Positions 24,743 through 33,030 of a stretch of DNA of 54,968 bases are shown piece by piece. This stretch comes from a virus: IMG/VR virus record IMGVR_UViG_3300037483_000201; one strand, written 5' to 3'. The translations under genes and the position numbers were made by a program. Below the pieces are notes generated by a model that saw only the letters and a list, made by a program, of their open reading frames with translations, was not told where the DNA came from and searched no databases. The first letter of the stretch is position 1, and the number at the start of each line of letters is the position of its first letter.

Positions 24743-25632
24743 TTCTCACCCCTCGGCGCATAAACAGCCGCAATATGATGGGCTAGGTCGAATGGTATTT
24801 TTGCGATCATGGCGCTGGCGGCTTTACGAGAAGGTGATCTGTCAGCCCCACTATTAAGCGCCATTTTCCCGGTCTTATCGTAGTGTTTGTCGCGCGATGC
24901 TTTAGATATCCGATCGAAGCGGAAGCCAGATCTAAGATATACCGGGTTGATACAAGAACACCTAGAACACGGAGCATCACTCCCAATGTCATGATCGTTT
25001 TCAGTGTGGCCGCAATCGCAAACGCTGAGACTGCCGCATTTAACCCTGCTTGGCACCATCCTGTTTTCTTGATTACATCCGTTATCTCGCCATTGCGTGC
25101 AGTCTGGATTTTTTACTGCACGCTTCACCATCGGCATCAACGCAGGCACATCTCCCCATAGATAAAAACTCCCGTAATTAAACCGGGCACGTCCTACCCA
25201 CTTTTGCGCGCCCCGGACATTTTCCACGACCATAGGGATATGTCTTCCGGCGGCTTCTGAGGCCTCGCGCTGAATACGGAAACAGGCATCAAACAAAGCA
25301 GTCAGCTCTTCGATTGTTCGCGATCCGTTGTAACCATCCGGGAAATTATCTTTGCCCCGCAGGGCGCGTTCAATTTGTTTCCCGCGTGACCACGGCATTG
25401 CCATGTAGCTGAATTCCTGGCATGGGGGAGAACAGACAATCAAATCAGCATCCCTGAGTTGCGATCCGTGTATAGTTAACGCATCCTGCAATACGAGTTG
25501 CGCTGGATATCCTCCTGTCCCGTAATCGTGCCTCTCAATGTCAAACCCGATCACATCATACCCGGCGTCAAGACCACCTTCGGCCCATCCACCCAGGCCA
25601 CAGAAAATATCAAACATCAGCGGCTTATTCAT
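24739..25632 (-). CDS. DNA (cytosine-5) methyltransferase
   Basis: Motif I DIFCGLGGW, motif IV CSPPCQEFS and motif VI VVENV are present. The Cys-rich insert CDCGHTENDH..CSRCSC lies in the variable region. Confidence 0.85.
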   Translation of the reverse strand: MNKPLMFDIFCGLGGWAEGGLDAGYDVIGFDIERHDYGTGGYPAQLVLQDALTIHGSQLRDADLIVCSPPCQEFSYMAMPWSRGKQIERALRGKDNFPDGYNGSRTIEELTALFDACFRIQREASEAAGRHIPMVVENVRGAQKWVGRARFNYGSFYLWGDVPALMPMVKRAVKNPDCTQWRDNGCNQENRMVPSRVKCGSLSVCDCGHTENDHDIGSDAPCSRCSCINPVYLRSGFRFDRISKASRDKHYDKTGKMALNSGADRSPSRKAASAMIAKIPFDLAHHIAAVYAPRGEK

Positions 25633-25807
25633 GATACCGGCTCACGGCCTGCTTGAATGATTTTGAATACTCGCCCACAACCTCCCACTTGCCATCGGTT
25701 TTCTGCCAGGACAAATAGCGGATCTCGCCTGCGAATAGCATTTTGGAAATACGATAATCCCCGCAGACTGATTCGATGAAGTGCTTTTGTTCGGGCTGCC
25801 ATTTCAT
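25625..25807 (-). CDS. hypothetical protein (60 aa)
   Basis: Packed ORF with overlapping junctions. Confidence 0.5.
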   Translation of the reverse strand: MKWQPEQKHFIESVCGDYRISKMLFAGEIRYLSWQKTDGKWEVVGEYSKSFKQAVSRYHE

Positions 25808-25992
25808 TTGCTCTTATCAACCACAGTCCAGGAAAAATATCTATCATAGTCGCAGTCAGATATAAACTGCCCAAGGTATTTATCGTCGCTCCCAAAACAG
25901 GCCCTTACTTTTATTTTATTTTCCTCGCATAATTTCATTACAGCCACTGGAGATAACCTGGTTTCAATACTAATTTCAGTTATAGACCACAT
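25804..25992 (-). CDS. hypothetical protein (62 aa)
   Basis: Packed ORF with overlapping junctions. Confidence 0.5.
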   Translation of the reverse strand: MWSITEISIETRLSPVAVMKLCEENKIKVRACFGSDDKYLGQFISDCDYDRYFSWTVVDKSK

Positions 25993-26360
25993 GTACCACC
26001 TCCCGCCTGCTTGCGGATCTCCGCAATATAAACAGTCATCATAGAATCTCCTGGTATTTCAGGCCCCCACCTGATTGATAGATCCTCGATCTGTGAATCA
26101 TCCACGTATACGCCGCCGTGTTGCATTGCATCGAGTACCACCTTGATCAGGTTATCAAGATCCCTGCGGCGCTTGTCCGGGCGCTGGACATAGATGCTCA
26201 CCTTGAGCTTATTGGTTATGCATTTGATGCCATCCTCTTTACATATCCATGCCACTGCATTTCTGTATTCCCGCCCCTCCGCGCTGATATGTGTCCGGCC
26301 TCGATTATGCCGCCAGTAGTGGTTGAGTGATGGCGGGAACGGAAAGTGTAGCGTGATCAT
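25980..26360 (-). CDS. rusA: RusA-family Holliday junction resolvase
   Basis: PPSLNHYWRHNRGRTHISAEGREYR..RRRDLDNLIKVVLDAMQHGGVYVDDSQI contains the canonical RusA motifs. Confidence 0.85.
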   Translation of the reverse strand: MITLHFPFPPSLNHYWRHNRGRTHISAEGREYRNAVAWICKEDGIKCITNKLKVSIYVQRPDKRRRDLDNLIKVVLDAMQHGGVYVDDSQIEDLSIRWGPEIPGDSMMTVYIAEIRKQAGGGTCGL

Positions 26361-26647
26361 TTGATTTCGATCAGCCCTTCTTTCAGCCAGATTGCCTGTG
26401 TTCTGAATACCCCTTCATAAAACCACAGCCTCGCCTTGATAAATGTATGCTCGCACGTTCTACGGTCGACCTCGTCATGACAGCTGCTGCATCCGTATGC
26501 CGCGAATAGATCTGATTTCTTCATTGCCATGCCTCCTCCAGGGAGATGACATAATACCGTTGTTTCCGGGTTAAAATTACATACGCCAGGCACCCGTATT
26601 TGACATTCGCGGCCACGTGCTGATTGCCTGAGTTTTGTTTTACTCAC
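26357..26647 (-). CDS. ybcO: YbcO/DUF1364-family putative nuclease
   Basis: RGRECQIRVPGVCNFNPETTVLCHLPGGGMAMKKSD..GCSSCHDEVD matches the DUF1364 Cys/His pattern. The gene lies in a lambdoid nin-region context. Confidence 0.7.
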   Translation of the reverse strand: MSKTKLRQSARGRECQIRVPGVCNFNPETTVLCHLPGGGMAMKKSDLFAAYGCSSCHDEVDRRTCEHTFIKARLWFYEGVFRTQAIWLKEGLIEIK

Positions 26648-27156
26648 CGCGCATACTCCTCCCCAGTCATCCCCTGATCGTCTGGGTCGGTTAATTTCAT
26701 ACCCAACCCGGTAAAATGCTGGTAGACCTCATCCATATAGCGCTTATGTTGCACTGTGGTAAATAGTCTGGTGACCGGCATATCTAGCGGTATCATCATG
26801 CATTTTAATTTCTGCTCGTAGGTTAATGGCCTGATCACTGCATCAAATGCCGCCGCGAATTCCTCGTTCTCATGATACAAAATAGCACATCCAAAATGGA
26901 GTTTACAATAACCCCGGTATTCCTCCGCCGTGTGATCCCCTTGATCTGCTGCTTCGTTCATCCACATCCGCTGGGTTTTATTTTGCGGTATCGTTCTGTC
27001 CTTTCCTTTTTTGATATTGACTGTGATCGGTAATACACGGTTATCCAATAATTTTAACAGGGATTTTAGATCCTGCTTATTTTCTATGATGTGGCTGCTC
27101 ACGTTGTTAATTCCGTCATGGCTCTGTGATTGATTCAATATACCGCTGCCCGGCAT
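26644..27156 (-). CDS. ninB: NinB/Orf-family recombination mediator
   Basis: KDRTIPQNKTQRMWMNEAADQ compares with lambda Orf RNRSLDQNRKLWACLGD. The length is comparable. The start is uncertain: GTG 27102 is an alternative if the 59-aa ORF 27116..27295 is real. Confidence 0.6.
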   Translation of the reverse strand: MPGSGILNQSQSHDGINNVSSHIIENKQDLKSLLKLLDNRVLPITVNIKKGKDRTIPQNKTQRMWMNEAADQGDHTAEEYRGYCKLHFGCAILYHENEEFAAAFDAVIRPLTYEQKLKCMMIPLDMPVTRLFTTVQHKRYMDEVYQHFTGLGMKLTDPDDQGMTGEEYAR

Positions 27157-27295
27157 CCGATTTCAGGAAGCTCCGTACTGTCATACACCTGTCCGCGTGC
27201 AGCTGGCTGATGTCCCGGTGCTTCGGTGATCGCCATCGGGCCTGCTCGGATTGCGCCCACTCTGCCAAGTATTGATCAAGTAGATTTGTTGTCAA
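27116..27295 (-). CDS. 59-aa ORF, one codon below the ORF-track cutoff
   Basis: Hand translation gives MTTNLLDQYLAEWAQSEQARWRSPKHRDISQLHADRCMTVRSFLKSDAGQRYIESITEP. The TTG start overlaps the upstream TGA (TTGA). It fills an otherwise 136-nt gap. Confidence 0.4.
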   Translation of the reverse strand: MTTNLLDQYLAEWAQSEQARWRSPKHRDISQLHADRCMTVRSFLKSDAGQRYIESITEP

Positions 27296-27720
27296 TGTAT
27301 ACTATCTCCAGCCATCGCGGTTAAGCGTGCCTCTATCATTTCACTTAGATCCGGTTTTTCGACAACATCGGTATATAACCGTTTCAACCCACTTGCCTTG
27401 TCGTGTACCTCGTTGCGCACGGCGTGGTAATTACGTATTACTTCATCGTGTTTTCTGCGTTGCTCTGGGGTTGCGTAGTAGTAGGATATTACCAGCCTTG
27501 CCAGCCTATTAAACGCGGTCCTTTGGTTCTCAACACGACTTCTGCTTTCTGTGCCAACAGCTTTTAACCCTGTCTCAATATGGGTTATACGGCAACAATT
27601 CTGGTGTTTGTTTCTGTGTTGGCCTCCCGCGCCGCTACCGGAATACCATTCGATCCTGAAATCTTTTTTTGATAGATGTATTTCTGGTGCGCCGTGTTTG
27701 TCTGTTTTGATATCACTCAT
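27292..27720 (-). CDS. GGQ-domain peptidyl-tRNA hydrolase, ArfB / class-I release-factor-like
   Basis: 142 aa. WYSGSGAGGQHRNKHQNCCRITHIETGL..ESRSRVENQRTAFNRLARL aligns with the ArfB/RF GGQ domain (GxGGQxxNKxxxxxxxxHxxxG...RSQxxN). No codon-recognition domains are present. Confidence 0.75.
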   Translation of the reverse strand: MSDIKTDKHGAPEIHLSKKDFRIEWYSGSGAGGQHRNKHQNCCRITHIETGLKAVGTESRSRVENQRTAFNRLARLVISYYYATPEQRRKHDEVIRNYHAVRNEVHDKASGLKRLYTDVVEKPDLSEMIEARLTAMAGDSIH

Positions 27721-27722
27721 AC

Positions 27723-28244
27723 CTACACCCTCAAATATTTTGCCGTGTCCACAGTGGCGATCTGATCATCGCCGGTCACGCGGCCTGTAAGAATAACATC
27801 CTCATCAACTAACGTCTTAACCGTCTTTGCTTTTTTCGTGCGCGCGAATTTTTTAACGATGGCGATAATATCCCCGCGATCCACGTCATCCGAATATTGC
27901 GCCTCTTTGAATTCCGGGTGGGCGGTGAGCTGTGCGGCGATCATCTCATCCCGCCAGCCCGGCCCCTGCTCGCGGTGGAAACACTCAGCGCAGCGGGTGA
28001 TGTGACGCACAAATTCATACCCCGGCTGGAGTTTGCTACCGTTCATAAACCTCAGGGCGCTTTGTGGGATGAATGTTTTACCGGCTTCTCGCAACACAAC
28101 CGAATTTACCGCCGTGTCGTTGTCGCAGCCGGTGACGCTGCATACCTTCGGTGGGGGTGGGATCGTGTTGCCCGTATCCCCATAACCACAGGAGCAACGC
28201 TTACCGCTGTAGTTTTCCAGACATTCAGGGCATATTCTGGCCAT
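27723..28244 (-). CDS. Cys-rich (zinc-ribbon-like) protein, 173 aa
   Basis: The N-terminus has CPEC..CSCG and CSVTGC. Function was not recognised. Confidence 0.6.
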   Translation of the reverse strand: MARICPECLENYSGKRCSCGYGDTGNTIPPPPKVCSVTGCDNDTAVNSVVLREAGKTFIPQSALRFMNGSKLQPGYEFVRHITRCAECFHREQGPGWRDEMIAAQLTAHPEFKEAQYSDDVDRGDIIAIVKKFARTKKAKTVKTLVDEDVILTGRVTGDDQIATVDTAKYLRV

Positions 28245-28954
28245 CAGATATTCTCACGGGGCTCAATGAGCTTCACTTGTGCAAGCAATTCTTCCTCGCT
28301 GTATTGCTCCTGTTTACACTCCTTCTTTTCTATGATGATGCAGTTAACTAACTGCTTGATGGAGGATCTCTTTGTGTCATCAATCAGTTGCGGCTTATAA
28401 TCCTTTGAAAGTGATAGTATCGCTTCATTGCCGGGTAATAATTTGACCGCCCTATCTACGGAAATTCTATTTTTACTCACCGCATTAGTGACCGCTTTTT
28501 CTCTACCCGCCTTGTCTGTACCGAAGGACGGAATCCATTTAACCGGCGTCCTGGCGGATTGATCCAACTCGCGCTGATAGGCTTCTTTGAACACCATCCT
28601 AGCCCCAATCATATCGCCATCGTCAATCAGTGGGCAGGCGGCGCCGAACGCTGTTGCTATTTCCTGCGTCCAGATCACCGAGTCGGCTTCACTCTTCGGG
28701 GTCATAGCCCAGGCTTCCTCAGCCCCTGGCCGGCCATCGTGTTTCTTGAATTGGTTTAGGATATCGGCTGGCTTGGGTGCAAACTGGCTTGTAGTGACAT
28801 GGGCTGTCATGGCCTTCCTGAAATCAACCATACTGATTTCAATCATTGTTGCCCACCAGATTTCCAGGGCGTCAACGCTCAATGATTTATCAAAAACCTC
28901 CATAGAGGATTTTAAGATTGTAATAAATTCTTTTCTGTCAGTTGGCTGCATCAT
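28244..28954 (-). CDS. replication-module protein, possible helicase loader
   Basis: ORF 28244..29026 trimmed to ATG 28954 (GGAGAG upstream). It follows the DUF1376 gene. FAPKPADILNQFKK recalls G39P-type loader motifs, but only weakly. Confidence 0.45.
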   Translation of the reverse strand: MMQPTDRKEFITILKSSMEVFDKSLSVDALEIWWATMIEISMVDFRKAMTAHVTTSQFAPKPADILNQFKKHDGRPGAEEAWAMTPKSEADSVIWTQEIATAFGAACPLIDDGDMIGARMVFKEAYQRELDQSARTPVKWIPSFGTDKAGREKAVTNAVSKNRISVDRAVKLLPGNEAILSLSKDYKPQLIDDTKRSSIKQLVNCIIIEKKECKQEQYSEEELLAQVKLIEPRENI

Positions 28955-29666
28955 GTCTCTCCAGGAATTCTGTATATCCGTCTTTTTTCTTACCTGTGGT
29001 TGTAGCCAGCCAGTCAAGCTCAACACTTTTCCATGATCTCTCGATAGCTGTTTTAATCGCCATGTTTACGGATATTCCTGATTGGCTGATGATAAATAGT
29101 TTTTCAACCAGCGCTTCTTTCGCTCGCTTACTATTGACTGCTTTTTTCTTTTTCCTAATATCCATCCATTCAATCCATAAATCAGTATCAACCCAGTCTG
29201 GCAAAACAAATACAGGTTTGTCTTTTTTTGTTTGTGATTCTGTTTGTGATGATGATTCTAAAGGTGACTGTGAAGGTGACTGTGAAGGTGTTAAGCCGGG
29301 CTTGTCTGTTTGCTCCTCTTTTGCTTTGTGCTTTGCTTGAGTTTTGCTTCCGCCTTTGCTTCCTGCTTCTGCCCTAACTCTGGATAGATATTCTGCTTTT
29401 CCTTTTTCCTTTTCAATTCTTTCATGTATCCATTCGCTGTTTTCCAGGGCAAAATATTTAGATATTACATCACGGATAGATTGCCATTTTTCAGTTGGCA
29501 TTCTGGTGATTTGTGACAGTAATTTATCATCATCAGGAAATCTTCCATTTACCCAGTAATCCATAATTAGGAGCAAATATGCTCCGTGTTGCTCTGTATT
29601 GAGCCTACCTGTATTAGATAAATAATCACCAATGTAGAGCGGCATCCAGATATCACACTTGGCCAT
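28938..29666 (-). CDS. DUF1376 (YdaU-like) replisome organiser
   Basis: Trimmed to ATG 29666. MAKCDIWMPLYIGDYLSNTGRLNTEQHGAYLLLIMDYW is the DUF1376 signature, followed by an S/Q/P-rich linker and the C-terminal region LPDWVDTDLWIEWMDIRKKKK. Confidence 0.75.
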   Translation of the reverse strand: MAKCDIWMPLYIGDYLSNTGRLNTEQHGAYLLLIMDYWVNGRFPDDDKLLSQITRMPTEKWQSIRDVISKYFALENSEWIHERIEKEKGKAEYLSRVRAEAGSKGGSKTQAKHKAKEEQTDKPGLTPSQSPSQSPLESSSQTESQTKKDKPVFVLPDWVDTDLWIEWMDIRKKKKAVNSKRAKEALVEKLFIISQSGISVNMAIKTAIERSWKSVELDWLATTTGKKKDGYTEFLERHDAAN

Positions 29667-29805
29667 AATCAACTCGCTCCTTGAGCTTTTTAATGGTTCT
29701 TCGGTAATCACGGTTCTGCCGTCTTAAGGTGTCATTACCAACTTTGAGGCGGTCGATCTTTTTTTGCTGCTCTAGGATTTTAGCTACTAAATCTTGCTCT
29801 TGCAC
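29653..29805 (-). CDS. 50-aa coiled-coil micro-protein
   Basis: The GTG at 29805 has AGGAG 6 nt upstream. Hand translation gives MQEQDLVAKILEQQKKIDRLKVGNDTLRRQNRDYRRTIKKLKERVDYGQV. Its stop overlaps the DUF1376 start region. Confidence 0.45.
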   Translation of the reverse strand: MQEQDLVAKILEQQKKIDRLKVGNDTLRRQNRDYRRTIKKLKERVDYGQV

Positions 29806-29902
29806 TTGATACTCCTGTTAAGTAGAGGAAGTGCCGGGCTGCATCTACTAACAGGATAGATGACAACTTGCGGGAGCAGTAATACACCACCCGACACCTG
29901 AA

Positions 29903-29930
29903 ATTATGGCTCATATTCAGATTTTGTCAA
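29903..29930 (-). promoter_or_regulatory. near-consensus sigma70 promoter for the replication / nin-like block
   Basis: In the minus sense: TTGACA (29925-30), a 16-nt spacer, then CATAAT (29903-08), in a 155-nt non-coding gap. Confidence 0.55.
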
Positions 29931-29960
29931 ACCGGATCGCATATTTCGGCACAGTTTCCT

Positions 29961-30206
29961 TCATGACACCTCCACCCACTGCCGGCGTCGGATCAGGTCC
30001 AGTGCCGCCCTGCGGGTGATGTAGTACACCCGGAACTTTACGTCCTCGTTGCGCACGTCCTGGGTCTGTAGATCGATGTGCTTTTTAAGCTCTTCGATGA
30101 CGCGGTAGGGGTTGTTGGCCTGCGTCCATCTAACCACGTCTTTGACCGTAAAACAGCGGTATGTCTGCAGGTGCTTCAGCAGCGTCAGTGTTTTAGATTG
30201 TTTCAT
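29961..30206 (-). CDS. hypothetical protein (81 aa)
   Basis: ORF 29961..30236 trimmed to ATG 30206, preceded by AGGAGGAG. Confidence 0.55.
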   Translation of the reverse strand: MKQSKTLTLLKHLQTYRCFTVKDVVRWTQANNPYRVIEELKKHIDLQTQDVRNEDVKFRVYYITRRAALDLIRRRQWVEVS

Positions 30207-30390
30207 ATCTCCTCCTGTTTTTTTTAGAATTGCCAAGATACAGTAAATAATCTGTCTCCAGCCCCGGCTGATGCTCTAGATACCAAACCCAATCCGCGTA
30301 TGGCATCTGCTCGGAGCGAAAACTGGCGATCAGCTGCATGTTCAGGCGGTGGTTGATTCTGGGGAAAGGGATGATCATTACAACCTCCAA
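30193..30390 (-). CDS. hypothetical protein (65 aa)
   Basis: Packed ORF after the HTH gene. Confidence 0.5.
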   Translation of the reverse strand: MEVVMIIPFPRINHRLNMQLIASFRSEQMPYADWVWYLEHQPGLETDYLLYLGNSKKNRRRYETI

Positions 30391-30593
30391 TCCGCTTCCT
30401 TGATTGCCCCGCCCGTCAACTTTTCCAGTCTTTTCCAGTGTTTATGATGCACAATATTACGTTTTAGCATCATTGTCACTGTGGAAGGTTGGACACCAAG
30501 ATACTTGGCTAGGTCTGTTTGTGTCTGATACTTTGTGTAAGTTACTGCTTTTCTTAACAAAGTTCTATGTGGTGTTCGTCTTTTCTTTATCAT
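30378..30593 (-). CDS. Cro-like HTH transcriptional regulator
   Basis: 71 aa. QTDLAKYLGVQPSTVTMMLKR is a helix-turn-helix. First gene of the leftward block, at a divergent promoter region. Confidence 0.65.
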   Translation of the reverse strand: MIKKRRTPHRTLLRKAVTYTKYQTQTDLAKYLGVQPSTVTMMLKRNIVHHKHWKRLEKLTGGAIKEADWRL

Positions 30594-30687
30594 GATCTAT
30601 AGTATATATCATTATTTTTGTAAATCTAGTAAAATATTATTGAAATTGCGTTGAAACCTGCCATACTACCAGCAGGAGGATCAAATT
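30594..30687. promoter_or_regulatory. AT-rich divergent early promoter region
   Basis: Rightward: TTGAAA-N16/17-CATACT, then AGGAGGA and ATG 30688. Leftward: TTTACA..TATAGA/TATACT-like hexamers. Confidence 0.45.
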
Positions 30688-31050
30688 ATGAAACTATCGA
30701 AAAGAGCACGCCAGGGGTTGATTGATTCTATCGCCGCGTGGGAGTATAAAAAGAAGCAACTGGCGCTTAGTGATGTGCTCATAACGCCAGCCGCCTGTCC
30801 GCTGTGCAAATTATACAATAGCTATAACGAAGTTCATTGTCATCATAGCGATTGTATGCACTGCCCGATTTACAAAACCACGGGGGAAAGATATTGCATG
30901 GGCTCGCCGTATGTACAGGCATCTGAAGCCTTGGAAGTTTGGGATGATGCTTCCCTTTGGGATCATGATGAACGGCCCGCTAGAGCCAAATTCCGACGCG
31001 CCTGCACCAAGATGATTAAATTCATGCAGAATATTTTGGAGGAGAGATAA
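30688..31050 (+). CDS. Cys/His-rich early protein (120 aa)
   Basis: CPLCKLY..HCHHSDCMHCPIY..YCMG. AGGAGGA RBS upstream. Confidence 0.6.
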   Translation: MKLSKRARQGLIDSIAAWEYKKKQLALSDVLITPAACPLCKLYNSYNEVHCHHSDCMHCPIYKTTGERYCMGSPYVQASEALEVWDDASLWDHDERPARAKFRRACTKMIKFMQNILEER

Positions 31051-31475
31051 TGACACCGACAATCGAACAACTTGTACAAACACAGGTCCGGGTAGAACTT
31101 GAACAAATGGACCTAAAAGATATTATCGTAACTGAGGTGAGAAGGGCTATTTCAGAAGGAGTTGCGAAAGATATTGTTGAAAAAATCAGTTCTGTTTCGG
31201 AGTCTCTGATAACTGATGAAATTCAAAAAGTATTGGCTGGTGAGGTCAAGACAAATGACGGGTGGGGGAAAAAGGAGACCTATCCTTCTTTCGAAGATCT
31301 CTTTAAGTCGAAGCTCGGAGATAAGTTGAAAGACAGGTATGAGGTAGGAAAAATTATTGATAAAAAAGTTAACGAAAGAGTCGCGTCTTTATTTAATCAA
31401 GATTACAACAAAGTGATTGAAAAGATAGTTGATGAGATATCAAAGACAAGGCTTGTTAAAACCGGAGAGAGATAA
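31050..31475 (+). CDS. hypothetical early protein (141 aa)
   Basis: GGAGGAGAGA RBS upstream and a TAATG junction. Confidence 0.6.
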   Translation: MTPTIEQLVQTQVRVELEQMDLKDIIVTEVRRAISEGVAKDIVEKISSVSESLITDEIQKVLAGEVKTNDGWGKKETYPSFEDLFKSKLGDKLKDRYEVGKIIDKKVNERVASLFNQDYNKVIEKIVDEISKTRLVKTGER

Positions 31476-31765
31476 TGCCAGACGAAAAAGACTACAACCA
31501 GACGGTCATGGACCAGATATTCCCTGCCTCATGCGCAAAAGACGAAGAGGCGGAGGAGCGCAGAGAAAACGCGATCTGGCAGGAGCTGGCTGTTACTGAT
31601 GGACGCAGCCCGATCAGTGACCGCGTTGAGAAACGGCTGTGCGGAATCATCCAATTCACGGCCCGGAATCGTTTTGACGAATGCGAAATCGGCAGGATGC
31701 TGAAAGAGGTTGTCAGGGAAGAAGTCTACGAATCAATGATGGAGGGGGAATGGGATGATATATAA
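31475..31765 (+). CDS. hypothetical early protein (96 aa, acidic)
   Basis: GGAGAGAGA RBS upstream. Confidence 0.6.
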   Translation: MPDEKDYNQTVMDQIFPASCAKDEEAEERRENAIWQELAVTDGRSPISDRVEKRLCGIIQFTARNRFDECEIGRMLKEVVREEVYESMMEGEWDDI

Positions 31766-32573
31766 AATAACCAACACGGTAGGCAAAACACTGTTTGAGT
31801 GCGAGGCGGACAGTCTGCGTGAATGCGCGAAAGAAGCTGTTAGATCTAATGCCAATCTCAGAGGGGCCAATCTCAGTGGTGCCGATCTCAGAGGGGCCAA
31901 TCTCAGTGGTGCCTATCTCAGAGGGGCCAATCTCAGTGGTGTCGATCTCAGAGATGCCGATCTCAGAGATGCCTATCTCAGAGGGGCCAATCTCAGTGGT
32001 GCCGATCTCAGAGATGCCGATCTCAGAGGGGCCAATCTCAGAGATGCCAATCTCAGAGGGGCCAATCTCAGTGGTGCCGATCTCAGAGGGGCCAATCTCA
32101 GTGGTGCCGATCTCAGAGATGCCTATCTCAGAGGGGCCAATCTCAGAGGGGCCAATCTCAGTGGTGCCGATCTCAGAGATGCCAATCTCAGAGGGGCCAA
32201 TCTCAGAGGTGCTAAAAATGTGGACCTCATTGTAGCGCAGACTTCAATTTTACCGGAGGGCGACATCATCGGATGGAAAAAGTTGCGGGATGGGGTTATT
32301 GCAAAACTCAAGATCCCGGCTGAAGCCAGGCGCTCAAATGCTACCGGGCGTAAATGCAGGGCGGAATTCGCTGATGTGCTGGAAATAATTGGCGCGGTAA
32401 AAGGGGTTAATCGTGATGACGGGGGCACGGGTATTCGGCTCGGATATGTCGCCGGTGAGCGCGTCTATGCGTGTGATCGCGGGGGCAACCACGTATGGGA
32501 TGGAGATCGCTGGAATGAATGCAGTACGGGGATTCATTTTTTCATTACCCGCGCAGAAGCGGAAAATTATTAG
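31755..32573 (+). CDS. pentapeptide-repeat protein with a distinct C-terminal domain
   Basis: About 24 consecutive A(N/D)L(R/S)(G/D) pentapeptides ([23 protein letters not shown]..) are followed by ~115 aa ending ..[19 protein letters not shown]. Confidence 0.85.
   Translation: MIYKITNTVGKTLFECEADSLRECAKEAVRSNANLRGANLSGADLRGANLSGAYLRGANLSGVDLRDADLRDAYLRGANLSGADLRDADLRGANLRDANLRGANLSGADLRGANLSGADLRDAYLRGANLRGANLSGADLRDANLRGANLRGAKNVDLIVAQTSILPEGDIIGWKKLRDGVIAKLKIPAEARRSNATGRKCRAEFADVLEIIGAVKGVNRDDGGTGIRLGYVAGERVYACDRGGNHVWDGDRWNECSTGIHFFITRAEAENY
31849..32210 (+). repeat. 15/30-bp coding tandem repeats (pentapeptide array)
   Basis: gccaatctcagaggg / gccgatctcagtggt units are repeated throughout. 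Confidence 0.85.
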
Positions 32574-32590
32574 CATAGTGGGTGGAATTA

Positions 32591-32770
32591 ATGACACATA
32601 AACAACTTAAAGCCCTGATGCAGATGGCTGGTATCGTGCGGTTTTATCTGATGTTTGGCAAATTACCTCTGACTAAACAGCAGGTTAATGAGCGGTTGCT
32701 TGAGGCTGAGCGGGTTATTGCAGAATCGAAAGGTAATTTAATATTCGATGAAGAGGAGAAAAAATCATGA
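32591..32770 (+). CDS. hypothetical early protein (59 aa)
   Basis: ORF 32582..32770. I favour ATG 32591. Confidence 0.5.
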   Translation: MTHKQLKALMQMAGIVRFYLMFGKLPLTKQQVNERLLEAERVIAESKGNLIFDEEEKKS

Positions 32771-33030
32771 TACTAGAGAAATTGATGGTGGAGAGAAACA
32801 TGTGGGGGGATCGAAAAGGAGAATATGATGCCCGGATTAAATTCACCGGGGAAAAAGGGACAATCGAGGTCCCGCTGGATTCGGAAAAAATCCAGTGCGT
32901 CCTTGGAGTGGTCGCGGATTCTCTCGTTACTGCTGCAAAAGATGTAGCAGAAAATCTGACTGCTGAGATCATAATGGCAAGCCCGCTGCTTGAGGTTGAT
33001 GGCCCGGAAGAGGAGAAAGATAGTGAGTGA
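32767..33030 (+). CDS. hypothetical early protein (87 aa)
   Basis: ATGA junction with the upstream gene. Confidence 0.55.
   Translation: MILEKLMVERNMWGDRKGEYDARIKFTGEKGTIEVPLDSEKIQCVLGVVADSLVTAAKDVAENLTAEIIMASPLLEVDGPEEEKDSE

Noticed and set aside
31795-32428. Alternative-frame ORFs across the pentapeptide array: [14 protein letters not shown].. on plus and ..[10 protein letters not shown] on minus.
   Set aside because: They are repeat-generated open frames. The A(D/N)LxG frame is continuous with non-repetitive N- and C-terminal domains.
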